The notes under the pieces are model-generated. The model had not been told where the DNA came from and did no database searches. It was given only the letters and a program-made list of their open reading frames with translations. Below, one piece after another: positions 1 through 9,287 of a stretch of 62,000 nt of DNA. The DNA comes from Hyalangium minutum (GTDB taxonomy: Bacteria; Myxococcota; Myxococcia; Myxococcales; Myxococcaceae), in the NCBI RefSeq assembly GCF_000737315.1, contig NZ_JMCB01000004.1, positions 20,001 through 82,000 of the forward strand, given 5' to 3'. How positions within the stretch are numbered: position 1 is the first letter of the stretch; every line of letters starts with the position of its first letter. A program made the translations under genes and the position numbers.

Positions 1-1
1 G

Positions 2-502
2 GAGGCCCAGAAGGGCGCGGCAGCGAACCTCTCGGCGCGCCAGGCACGAGCGCTCTTGTCGGAGGCGCTCGGCAGCGGACTGACGCAAGTTGGAGCCCTG
101 CCCGCGTCTCCGCCCGAGGCGGGATGGATGTCCCGGGTGAGCCCGCTGCCGCGCTTCTCGGAGGTGGTGGCCGCCTTGGGGAGCACGGGGGGGGCGAGCG
201 CCGGAGCGGGCACGCTGTTGAGCGGAGTTGCACCCGAAGAGCGCAAGGCGCGCCTGCTGGACTTCGTACACGAGCAGGTGAGCCTCGTCCTCCGGATGGA
301 TCGTGAGAAGATCAGCGTGGAGGCGCCGCTGCGAGGCTTCGGGATTGATTCCCTCATGGGGCTCGAGCTGCGCAACCGGCTGGAGAAGGCGTTGGGCTTC
401 CGTCTCCCCGCCACGGTGATGTGGAGCAGCCCGACGATCGCCGCCCTCGTCGAGAAGCTCCTCGAGGTCGCGGAGTCCCAACTCGTGCAGCAGACGAACT
501 GA
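2..502 (+). CDS. Type I polyketide synthase, C-terminal fragment (end of KR-like region plus terminal ACP); 5' truncated by the window edge
   Basis: Frame is open from position 2. ACP phosphopantetheine motif GIDSLMGLELRNRL, followed by LPATVMWSSPTIAAL. No TE domain after the ACP. Confidence 0.9.
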   Translation, partial: EAQKGAAANLSARQARALLSEALGSGLTQVGALPASPPEAGWMSRVSPLPRFSEVVAALGSTGGASAGAGTLLSGVAPEERKARLLDFVHEQVSLVLRMDREKISVEAPLRGFGIDSLMGLELRNRLEKALGFRLPATVMWSSPTIAALVEKLLEVAESQLVQQTN

Positions 503-521
503 GCCGCGGACAGCGGCGCGA

Positions 522-1289
522 ATGAGAGTGATGGAAAACGATACGGCACAGTGGTTGATGTTTGGAGGAACCCGGAAAGCCGCGAGGGCGCGGATCTTCT
601 GCTTCCATCACGCGGGAGGAGGCGCGTCGATGTACCGGAAGTGGGTGGAGGATCTCCCACCTGAGCTCGATCTCTATGCGGTCCAGCTTCCGGGGCGAGA
701 GTTCCGCATTCGCGAGGCCTCCTTCACGCAACTGGAGCCGCTCGTCCAGGAGCTGGCCCGGGTGCTGGGGCCTCTGCTGGAGCAGCCGTTCGCCCTCTTC
801 GGTCACAGCATGGGCGCCACCGTGGCATTCGAGCTGGCCCGCGAGCTGCGTCGGCGCGGGGCGAGGCAGCCTCTCATGTTGGGCGCCTCCGGGCGCATCG
901 CCCCCCACTGCCGCTCGCGCTTCACGCCGGTGCAGGAGCTCACGGAGGCGCAGCTCGTCGAGAAGCTCAAGAGGGGAGGCGGTCTGCCCGATTACGTCCT
1001 CAACGAGCCGGAGCTGATGGCGATGGTCCTCCCGCTGGTCCGCTCCGACTACAAGATTGTCGACGGCTACCGGCTCACTCCCGAGCCACCGCTGACCTTT
1101 CCCATTGCGGCCTTCTACGGGCTCGACGACGTGCTCACGACACCGGAGGAGATCACGGGGTGGCAGCAGCACACCACCGGTGCTTTCTCGGTGCAGGCGC
1201 TCCCGGGCGACCATTTCTTCTTGGCCAACGCCCGGCGAGAGATCTTGTGGACCCTGAGCCGGGGCATCCTGCAGGCGCTGGACAGGTGA
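522..1289 (+). CDS. Type II thioesterase (GrsT/TesA-like)
   Basis: FCFHHAGGGAS, VQLPGRE, GHSMG nucleophile elbow and GDHFF catalytic His. Lies 19 bp after the PKS stop. Confidence 0.95.
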   Translation: MRVMENDTAQWLMFGGTRKAARARIFCFHHAGGGASMYRKWVEDLPPELDLYAVQLPGREFRIREASFTQLEPLVQELARVLGPLLEQPFALFGHSMGATVAFELARELRRRGARQPLMLGASGRIAPHCRSRFTPVQELTEAQLVEKLKRGGGLPDYVLNEPELMAMVLPLVRSDYKIVDGYRLTPEPPLTFPIAAFYGLDDVLTTPEEITGWQQHTTGAFSVQALPGDHFFLANARREILWTLSRGILQALDR

Positions 1290-1331
1290 TCCCTGGTGCG
1301 AGGGAGGGAGCGAGCCTCCTCCCCTCGCTTC

Positions 1332-2654
1332 TCAGGAGAGGAGCTTCTGGGCCAGCCGCACGCGCACACCGTTCTTGGGCCCCACACCCACTCCCTGGCG
1401 CACCGGCACCTCCGCTGGATCGGCCAGCTCCAGATCGAAGTTCCGCACGATCGTCGCGAGTACGACCTTCAGCTGCTGCTCCGCGAACGCGGCCCCAAGG
1501 CAGCGCCGCACCCCCGCCCCGAAGGGGATGAACTCGTAGGGGGTGAACTTGCGCTCGAGGAAGCGCTCCGGGCGGAACGTGTCCGGCTCCGGGTACAGAT
1601 CCTCGCGAGAGTGGATCATCCGGCTGAACACCGCGACACCGGCGCCCGCAGGCAGGGTATAGCCGCGGACCTGGATGGGCGCCCGCAGCTTGCGGAACAT
1701 GTCCGGCACGGGCGGGTAGATGCGCAGCGTCTCGTTGCAGACGGCTCCCAGGTAGGGGAGCGAGGCGTACGCCTCGGGGCCTGCGTCGGCGGGCAGGCCC
1801 GCCAGCTCCTCGCGGAGCTTGCGCAGGATCTCGGGGGACCGGTAGGTCCAGTAAACGCCCCAGGCGATCGCAGTGGCGGTGGCGGCGTAGCCCGCCACGA
1901 GCAGTCCCACCAGCTCTTTGCTCACCTGCTCGTTGGTCATCCCCGTGCCGTCGTCGTACTTCGACGTCATCATGAGGTTGAGCATGTCATCCGGCGCGGC
2001 CTCGAGATTGGCGCGGCGGGCCGTGAGCTGCTCGGCGATCAGCGCGTCCAGGCGTGCGTTGGCGCGCAGGTACCTCGCGTAGGGGCCAACTCCGCCGAAC
2101 TCATGACGCAGCCAACTGAAGAAGAGCAGGGCGGGCGTCGTCGCCTTCTGGAGCTCGACGAAGGCCTCCTCGAAGCGCGCGACCAGGGAGTCATCGGCCA
2201 GGCCAAAGACGTTGCGGAGGATCACCTCGCGCGTGATGCCGCGGGACACCTCGTGCATGGGGATCGTCTCACCGGGGCGCACCGCGCCCATCCGCTTGAG
2301 CGCTACCTGCTGCATCGTGCCAGCGTAGGCCCGCATGCGAGCGCCCAGGAACGGCGGCATCAGCAGCTTGCGCTGGCGCCGGTGCGGCTCGCCAACGATC
2401 AGGGGGACGGAGCCATCGCGGAAGACCATCCGCAGGTTTTCGGGCGCGAAGATCTCGTAGCTCGTGGGGTCCGCCGTGAGGACCTCGCGTGCCCCCTCGG
2501 GCTCGCCGGTGATGATCAGCGGCCCTTCCAGAGTCTTGACGGTCAGGGTGTCGCCGTAGTTCTTCCGGAACCAGGCGTAGGCCCCGACGGGATCGGTCAT
2601 GTAGCGGAACGTCTCGACGAGGGCGATGGAGGGGCCAGGGGGAAGGGGAGCCAT
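1332..2654 (-). CDS. Cytochrome P450, atypical I-helix (AGYAAT)
   Basis: ETLR (ExxR), PERF and FIPFGAGVRRCLG heme-Cys motif. Start placed at ATG 2654 (MAPLPPGP, the typical Pro-rich P450 N-terminus) instead of the ORF-track 2801. Confidence 0.93.
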   Translation of the reverse strand: MAPLPPGPSIALVETFRYMTDPVGAYAWFRKNYGDTLTVKTLEGPLIITGEPEGAREVLTADPTSYEIFAPENLRMVFRDGSVPLIVGEPHRRQRKLLMPPFLGARMRAYAGTMQQVALKRMGAVRPGETIPMHEVSRGITREVILRNVFGLADDSLVARFEEAFVELQKATTPALLFFSWLRHEFGGVGPYARYLRANARLDALIAEQLTARRANLEAAPDDMLNLMMTSKYDDGTGMTNEQVSKELVGLLVAGYAATATAIAWGVYWTYRSPEILRKLREELAGLPADAGPEAYASLPYLGAVCNETLRIYPPVPDMFRKLRAPIQVRGYTLPAGAGVAVFSRMIHSREDLYPEPDTFRPERFLERKFTPYEFIPFGAGVRRCLGAAFAEQQLKVVLATIVRNFDLELADPAEVPVRQGVGVGPKNGVRVRLAQKLLS

Positions 2655-2685
2655 AGCGGTCTGTCCTGTGTTGAAGCTCTGTCGT

Positions 2686-5517
2686 TTACGGTGCGGCGGA
2701 GTGAGCCACGTTGATGGGGCTGCCGCTGGGCTCGTCGCCGTCGTAGATGCCATCCAGGTTCCGGTCGATGCCGATGCGCGCTCCGGAGCCGGGTGGCACA
2801 CAGGTGTAGGTCAGCTCTCGCCCCGGCTTCGAGGCGAGCGCACGCAGCGCCTCCGCGCTGAGCGGCTTTCGCGAGCGCTGGTCGGGCTGAAACCCGGCCC
2901 CGGGGCGGTAGAGAAAGCCGAGCTCTCGCTGGGGGCCAGCGCCCTTCACCACCAGATCGCACTCCTGCGCTTCGGCCTGGGCGATCAGCAGCTCGATGCG
3001 GGGGCCCGCCACCGTCAGGTTGCTCGAGGTGAGCGTCACCTGCTGGCCCACGATAGGCGCCAGGTTGGAGGGGAAGACGAACATGAACGACTCGATCTGG
3101 CGGCGCACCACGTTGGACTCGGGGGTGAGCGGAAAGCCGCCACGCGAGAAGAGCGAGGTGAAGCCCAGGTTGCTGAAGAAGCGGAAGATGGTGTCGATGC
3201 TGCCCGAGTGCGTGAAGCCGAAGCCCCGGACCTGATCCCCCATGAACTCGTTGTTGCCCTTGAGGAACGAATCGCCGGCCAGCGCCATGCCGAACATGCC
3301 CGTCTTCTGGTACATGTTGCGCAGGTGGGGAATCTTGAGCAGCTGGGGGTTGAAGTCGAAGGTCATCCTCCCGTCCGTGCCAAAGAAGCCCGGCGCGGCG
3401 GTCGTGGGGTTGGCCTTCGGATCCAGCGCGTGGCAGCCGATGCAGGTGGCGATGGTGTTGGCGTTGCGGGTGAGGAACTCCTGGCGCCCCACCTCCTGAT
3501 CCGGCGTGAGCGAGTTGTCCAGGTTCCGGATGGGGTTGGGAGGGTAGGTGAGCTGTAGGGCGAAGCGGGTGAGCGCCTCCAGGGCGTCATCTGGCAGCTG
3601 CTTGTCGCGGCCTAGGACGTTCATGAAGCCAGCGGTCTCGCGGAACGCGGCCTTCTCGTCGAACGCGCCCGTGTCCGGCTGGGAGCTGCCCCCGCGGGTG
3701 GCCTTCACTCGCTCGCCGTGCCAGTGCATGGGCCCGGCGTTGAGCAATCCGCGCAGGGACTGCGTCGTCGTGGGGCCTTTCAGGGGGTGGAACACCGGAT
3801 CGGTGATGACTTGCCTGTAGAGGGGATTCGTCAGCGGCTCGACGACGAAGGGACCCGAGACGGGCACCACGGGCGCATCGGGGTTGCCCAGATCCCAGGC
3901 CAGGCTGTCGAAGTCGCCGTAGACGTGGCAGCTCGCGCACGCCGTGTCCCCGTGGCTGGAGCCGACGGACGCGTCATAGAGGTAGCGGCGCCCCTGAGAG
4001 ACGCTCGCGGGCTCCGGGTTGTACAGGGGGACGTGGGCCACCTCGGTCCGGCTCTGGGTGCTGATGACGGAGATGGCGTTGTCGAAGCGCGCCAGCACGT
4101 ACAACTTGCCGCGGGCCTCATCGAGCACCAGCCCGGTGGGGCCACCTCCGGGCACGTGGATCTGCTGCTTCGTGTCCGGCACGAAGGAGTCCTTCTCAAG
4201 CGCCTCGGTGTCGAAGATGCCGATCTTGTCCGAGCCGAGGGCCGCGACGTACAGCGTCTTCCCGTCGCCTGTCACCGCCATGGACTGGGGGAGCGCGAGG
4301 CTGCGGACGCTCTCGTCATTCGGCAGGGGCTCGCAGCACTTGCTGTAGTCGATGTGCTTGTTGAGGTGACGCGGTTGGGCACCCTCGGGGCCTAGCACGC
4401 TGATGCGGCTCTCCACGGTATGCCCGCGCAGGGTGTGGCCGGCGAAGATGCCGGGGCCCTCGAAGCGCTGGAGGTTGCGGGCCTCGGTGTTGGACACGTA
4501 GAGCTTGCCGCTCACCGGGTTGACGGCGAGGTTGTAGAGGATGGTGCCCGCACCGGTGAAGAAGCCCTCGGGGCCCTCGAGCTGCTGGGGCACAGGGGCC
4601 ATGGCATCGATCACGAAGACGTCCTTGTCCGGCAGCGCCAGCTTCACCTTCTCGTCCCAGGTGCGGCCTTCCACATCCACCCAGTGGGTTCCGTCGAACT
4701 GGAGGATCAGCCCGCTCTCTGGAGCGGGGATGCCCTGGAAGTTGGTGCTGGGGCCGGGCACGGCCTTGGTCCCCTTCTTGGGGTCCTTGCCGAAGCCGTT
4801 GGGGACCAGCCGCTCGTGGATGGCCGTGGTGCGGTTGCCGGAGTGGAAGGCGGCCGCATAGACACGGCTCCCGTCGGGGGTGACCGCGAGCGCGCGCGGC
4901 GTGTCGCTGAAAAGCCGGACCAGCGTCAGCGGCTCTCCTCCGAGCGTGGTGCCCAGATTGGCTGCATCGAAGACCCAGACGTCGGCGCGGCCGATGCCCG
5001 GAGTGGTGAGCTGGGGATCGAACGGTGCGTTCTGGCCTCGGTGGGCGGCGGTGATGAAGGCGCGGCGGCGCTCCGGCCCGGCGAAGACGATGTCTCGCGG
5101 CTCGTCACCGACGAGCAGGGTGCGCACCACGCGGCCGCGGCGGGTCTTCGCATCCAGCGCCACGACGCTCACACTGTCAGACAGGTGGTTGACGACCCAC
5201 ACCTCGGTGTCGCTGCGCGCGGCGACGGCGACAGGTTCCAGGCCCACCACCACAGAGGTCCGGTGGACCAGCCCGGTACTCTCGACGCTGAAGACCTCCA
5301 GCCGGTTGTCCGGCGTGTTGGTGGCGAAGAGGAGCTTTCCGCTCGGGGAGAGGGCGAGGGGACGCACCTGGCCGCTCTCGAAGAGTGTGAAGGAGGAGCG
5401 GGAGGGAGGAGGTGCGCCGTTCTTGTCCGGGACTGTGGCCGGAGCGGCGTGGACCAGCGTCGCCACGGCGGCGGCGCAGAGGAGACAGGCACGAAGGAGA
5501 GCAGGAGAACGAGGCAT
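2686..5517 (-). CDS. Secreted YncE/YVTN-like beta-propeller fused to a di-heme c (CcP/MauG-like) domain
   Basis: Signal peptide. Repeated propeller blades (PVAVAARS, PRDIVF, PRALAVTPDG, PTGLVLD). Two CxxCH motifs (CASCH, CIGCH). Confidence 0.8.
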   Translation of the reverse strand: MPRSPALLRACLLCAAAVATLVHAAPATVPDKNGAPPPSRSSFTLFESGQVRPLALSPSGKLLFATNTPDNRLEVFSVESTGLVHRTSVVVGLEPVAVAARSDTEVWVVNHLSDSVSVVALDAKTRRGRVVRTLLVGDEPRDIVFAGPERRRAFITAAHRGQNAPFDPQLTTPGIGRADVWVFDAANLGTTLGGEPLTLVRLFSDTPRALAVTPDGSRVYAAAFHSGNRTTAIHERLVPNGFGKDPKKGTKAVPGPSTNFQGIPAPESGLILQFDGTHWVDVEGRTWDEKVKLALPDKDVFVIDAMAPVPQQLEGPEGFFTGAGTILYNLAVNPVSGKLYVSNTEARNLQRFEGPGIFAGHTLRGHTVESRISVLGPEGAQPRHLNKHIDYSKCCEPLPNDESVRSLALPQSMAVTGDGKTLYVAALGSDKIGIFDTEALEKDSFVPDTKQQIHVPGGGPTGLVLDEARGKLYVLARFDNAISVISTQSRTEVAHVPLYNPEPASVSQGRRYLYDASVGSSHGDTACASCHVYGDFDSLAWDLGNPDAPVVPVSGPFVVEPLTNPLYRQVITDPVFHPLKGPTTTQSLRGLLNAGPMHWHGERVKATRGGSSQPDTGAFDEKAAFRETAGFMNVLGRDKQLPDDALEALTRFALQLTYPPNPIRNLDNSLTPDQEVGRQEFLTRNANTIATCIGCHALDPKANPTTAAPGFFGTDGRMTFDFNPQLLKIPHLRNMYQKTGMFGMALAGDSFLKGNNEFMGDQVRGFGFTHSGSIDTIFRFFSNLGFTSLFSRGGFPLTPESNVVRRQIESFMFVFPSNLAPIVGQQVTLTSSNLTVAGPRIELLIAQAEAQECDLVVKGAGPQRELGFLYRPGAGFQPDQRSRKPLSAEALRALASKPGRELTYTCVPPGSGARIGIDRNLDGIYDGDEPSGSPINVAHSAAP

Positions 5518-5732
5518 GCGTCAGAGGAGCAGGACGTGGGAGCCCGTCAATGCGGCGGGGGCACCGCGGAATCTTCCTGGGAAGAGAGGAGGACTGAATC
5601 CCTCGGGGCCGAGGGGGCGTTGCCACGGAGCACGGTGCCGCGAATCAGAGACTGTTCAACAGGTGACCAAATATAGAACGATGATCATCCGCGATCCACC
5701 GTGGGGGGGACGCGCGGATCAACGAGAGGGAG

Positions 5733-7049
5733 TTGAGAGACGTGGCCTCTGGAACGGATGTGCTGAGAGCACTGGGTGACTTCGAGCGTGCGTTCTGGCT
5801 GATGGATCAGACCCACAGCGTCAACTTCGCCATCATCGCGCACGTGAGAGGAGCGCTGGAGCCTCAGGTGCTCGAACGTGCGCTCGCGCTGCTTCAGGCC
5901 CGGCATCCGCTGCTGGGCGCCCGGATCACCGACTCCGGACCCGCCTCGTTCGGTAGGGGCGGGGTGCCACCCATTCCCCTACGTGAGGCGTCCCGTGGCT
6001 CCGAGGATCAGTGGCGCCAGGAGGTGGAGCACGAGCTGAATACTCCGCTGCCCTGGAGCCAGGGGCCGCTGGTGCGCGCCGTCCTCGTGCGAGCGGCGGA
6101 GCAGAGTGAGATCCTGCTCACCTTTCACCACTCGGCGGGAGATGGGCGCTCGGGGATGTACGCGATGAGGGATCTGCTCACGTTCGCGGCCTCGCTCATG
6201 GGCGGGGCGCCGGTGGCGGCGGAAGCCGTGCGATTCCCGCCCAGCATCGAGGAGCTGTCCGCTCCGCACGTGCGAGGGCTGCGGGCCTTCGGGCGGGTTG
6301 CGCGGTTCTTGGGCTCGACGGTGCTGGCGATGAGCCGGCGCCCCGGGAAGCTCCCCTCGCAGAGCCAGGAAGTGAAGGCGCGGACCGCCCTGCTCCATGG
6401 GGAGCTGTCCCCGGAAGAGGGCGAGCGGCTTCGTGCCCGCTGCCGAAAGGAGTCGGCCACGGTCCACGGAGTGCTCTGCGGCGCCATGCTCCGGGCGGCG
6501 GCGGCCCAGCTCGACGGCCTCACCCACTCCTCCAAGCCGCGCTTCCTGAGCTGCTATTCGCCCGTTGATCTGCGGGACATGTTCCAGGAGTCCGTGGCCC
6601 CAGGCGCCGTGGGCTATTTCCTGGGGATGGGGCTGAGCTTCCACCGCGTCGACCGTTCGGCGGAGATCTGGCCCCTGGCGCGCGAGGTGGGGGAGCGCCT
6701 GCGCACCATGCGGGAGGACGGCACCATCGTCGCTGCCACCCACTTCCAGAGCCGCGTACAGAAGGGCTGGGACGTGAAGACCGCCGCGAGCAGCGCGCCC
6801 CCGGTCACCGCCGCGGTGTCCAACCTCCGGGAGGTGGACATCCCCGGCCAGTACGGCCCGCTCGCCTTGGACGGTGTCCATTTCTCCCTGGCGAGCCATG
6901 GCTGGGGAACCGCCCCTGTGCTCACCGTGGCGACCTACCAGGGGCGCATGCAGTTGAACTTCACCTACAGCCTCCCTCGCGTGCCCGAGGAGTGGGGCCG
7001 CCAGGTGTTCGAGCGCGCCCTCGGGGAGCTTCGTGCCCTGGCCGCTTGA
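5733..7049 (+). CDS. Condensation-fold acyltransferase (PapA5/alcohol acetyltransferase-like)
   Basis: HHxxxDG motif (FHHSAGDG), RHPLL, SPVDLR and SNL motifs. Start may be GTG 5742. Confidence 0.85.
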   Translation: MRDVASGTDVLRALGDFERAFWLMDQTHSVNFAIIAHVRGALEPQVLERALALLQARHPLLGARITDSGPASFGRGGVPPIPLREASRGSEDQWRQEVEHELNTPLPWSQGPLVRAVLVRAAEQSEILLTFHHSAGDGRSGMYAMRDLLTFAASLMGGAPVAAEAVRFPPSIEELSAPHVRGLRAFGRVARFLGSTVLAMSRRPGKLPSQSQEVKARTALLHGELSPEEGERLRARCRKESATVHGVLCGAMLRAAAAQLDGLTHSSKPRFLSCYSPVDLRDMFQESVAPGAVGYFLGMGLSFHRVDRSAEIWPLAREVGERLRTMREDGTIVAATHFQSRVQKGWDVKTAASSAPPVTAAVSNLREVDIPGQYGPLALDGVHFSLASHGWGTAPVLTVATYQGRMQLNFTYSLPRVPEEWGRQVFERALGELRALAA

Positions 7050-7071
7050 GCCCGCTGCGGCCGGGGGTGGA

Positions 7072-7497
7072 TCAGGCGATCTTCGTCGGCAGGGCCTCGC
7101 TCTTGCGGGTGCCACGCCAGAAGGGCCACGCGTCGTAGAGGTACAGCCCGAAGGGCACCAGCCAGATGACGTCGTTGGTGAGGGTGAGCACGATGGAGGC
7201 AGGGGGCCAATCTCCACGGAGGACGAGCCCGATGGAGGGCAGCCCCAGCAGCTTGCCCAGCATCCCCGCCGCGGCGGGGACGAAGCCCTGCTCAGGATTC
7301 CGTCCCACCTCCAGGTAGATGATACCGAAGCAGCCCACGACGACGCCCAGCCCTGCGAAGATGCCGGGGTGGTTGAGGGGCTGCATGCCCGCGAAGCGGA
7401 AGAGCCACTGTTGATCCACCAGGGCGTAGAGCCCCCAGAGGATGTTGTAGATCCCCGCCAGGGTGAAGGTTGCGCGGTGCAGGGCGCGCCGTTTCAT
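7072..7497 (-). CDS. Small integral membrane protein of unknown function (about 4 TM helices)
   Basis: Hydrophobic segments, AGIYNILWG and NDVIWLVPF motifs, GGAG SD upstream of the ATG. Confidence 0.7.
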   Translation of the reverse strand: MKRRALHRATFTLAGIYNILWGLYALVDQQWLFRFAGMQPLNHPGIFAGLGVVVGCFGIIYLEVGRNPEQGFVPAAAGMLGKLLGLPSIGLVLRGDWPPASIVLTLTNDVIWLVPFGLYLYDAWPFWRGTRKSEALPTKIA

Positions 7498-7594
7498 GAA
7501 GGACTCCCTTGGGTGCTGGAGCCCGCTCCGGCTCGCGAATGCCGATGACGGGGCCCAGGTGAACTATAAGTGGAATGAAGTACAGGAGAGAAAC

Positions 7595-8548
7595 GTGACG
7601 ATCGCGATCTTGGGTGCAGCGGGGGCCGTTGGAAAGGCGGTGGCTGCGGCACTTCGGCAGCGCAACATTCCCTTTCGTGCCGTGGGCCGCAACAAGGCCC
7701 GGCTGGAGGCAGCCTTCAAGGACTACCCTGGCGCCGAGCTCGTGGAGGCGGATCTCATGACGGTGGAGGGAGCGCGCAAGGCCTCCCGGGGCATGAGCAC
7801 GCTCATCCATACCGCGGGGGTGACCTACACCGAGTTCGAGCGGCTGCCGCCGATGATGCGCGCGTCCATCGACGGTGCGGTGGCCGAGGGCGTGAAGCGG
7901 ATCGTCCTGGCCACCAACGTCTATCCCTACGGCCGGCCCCGCACCTCGCCCGTGAAGGAAGATCACCCGCGCGAGCCGCACACGAAGAAGGGCCAACTGC
8001 GCAAGCAGCAGGAGGATCTGCTGCTGGAGGCACATGCCCAGGGCAAGCTGCAGGGACTGGTGGTGCGCTTCCCGGACTTCTACGGGGCGGACGCGGAGTA
8101 CAGCTTTGCCATCGGCATGGCTCAGGCGGCGGTGGCCGGCAAGGCGGCGAACCTGGTGGGCAACATCGATCTGCCCCACGAGTTCATCTACATCCCGGAC
8201 GCGGGACCGGTGCTGGTGGACCTGGCCCTTCGCGATGACGTCTGGGGCGAGGTCTGGCACTGCGGTGGGGCGAGCACCATCACTCAGCGTCAGTTCGTCA
8301 CCCAGCTCTTCGAGGCGGCGGGCCGCAAGCCGAAGTTCCGGGCGGCGGGCTCGGGGCTGGTGCGCATGATTGGCCTCTTCGATCCCTTCATGCGCGAGCT
8401 GTTTGAGATGATGTACCAGTGGCAGGAGACCCCCCTGGTGCTGGACGACTCCAAGCTGCGCGTGAAGCTCGGGAACGTGAAGAAGACGTCCTACGAGGAC
8501 GGCATCCGCCAGACCATTGGGGAGCTCAAAGCTCGGACGGCGAAGTAG
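7595..8548 (+). CDS. NAD(P)-dependent epimerase/dehydratase (atypical SDR)
   Basis: Rossmann motif ILGAAGAVG, NVYPYG, RFPDFYG. AGGAG SD then GTG at 7595. Confidence 0.88.
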   Translation: MTIAILGAAGAVGKAVAAALRQRNIPFRAVGRNKARLEAAFKDYPGAELVEADLMTVEGARKASRGMSTLIHTAGVTYTEFERLPPMMRASIDGAVAEGVKRIVLATNVYPYGRPRTSPVKEDHPREPHTKKGQLRKQQEDLLLEAHAQGKLQGLVVRFPDFYGADAEYSFAIGMAQAAVAGKAANLVGNIDLPHEFIYIPDAGPVLVDLALRDDVWGEVWHCGGASTITQRQFVTQLFEAAGRKPKFRAAGSGLVRMIGLFDPFMRELFEMMYQWQETPLVLDDSKLRVKLGNVKKTSYEDGIRQTIGELKARTAK

Positions 8549-8643
8549 CGGACGCGCGCCCGCGTCACTTTGATCAAGGCCCTCCTGATGAAGTACGTCA
8601 ACGATTGATACCTGTGCTGACTTCCTCTCCCAATCCGGATCCC

Positions 8644-9261
8644 ATGCGCCACCACCCTGTTCAAGTTGCTCTCCTCCTCTCCGCCTCTGTGCTCTTGACG
8701 GGGCTGATCTTCGTCTCCTGCGCCACGGACAGCAGCTCCACCGCCGTGCAAGCTCAGGCTCCGCAGACCTGTGACTCGTGCCTGGCCGGAACGTGCGCGG
8801 AGAAGAGCCAAGCCTGCTTGAGTGACCCCACCTGCCGCGAGACGTTCGAGTGCGCGCAGAAGTGCGGGGACAGGGACAAGTGGTGCGTCTGGAACTGCGT
8901 CCTGGCGCGCCCCCAGAGCGTGCCGAAGTTCTTCCCCGCCGCCCACTGCACCACCAAGCAGTGCTCTCCCGCTTGCCAGTTTCCGGCGCGGATTATCGAC
9001 TCGTGCTTGGAGTGCAATGCCACCTACTGTGGCCAGGCGATGAGCGGCTGCTTCGAGAACCGGGAGTGCTGGACGCTGGTGCACTGCGTGCGCAACAACT
9101 GCCAGCCCGGAGACCTGGAGTGCGCGCAGGAGTGCATTGGCGAGCATCCGGACGGCCTCGCTTCGATCCAGCCGCTGCGTGACTGCGGCGGGGATCACTG
9201 CGCGGAGCAGTGCTCCAGGCGCGAGAACTACGATCTCCCCGATGGGGGCGCCCCGCGCTAG
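8644..9261 (+). CDS. Cysteine-rich lipoprotein with two tandem 12-Cys domains
   Basis: Signal peptide ending FVSC (lipobox-like). Two repeats with near-identical Cys spacing. Confidence 0.75.
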   Translation: MRHHPVQVALLLSASVLLTGLIFVSCATDSSSTAVQAQAPQTCDSCLAGTCAEKSQACLSDPTCRETFECAQKCGDRDKWCVWNCVLARPQSVPKFFPAAHCTTKQCSPACQFPARIIDSCLECNATYCGQAMSGCFENRECWTLVHCVRNNCQPGDLECAQECIGEHPDGLASIQPLRDCGGDHCAEQCSRRENYDLPDGGAPR

Positions 9262-9287
9262 GCCGCCCCGCGCCAGGCCGCCGCGTG

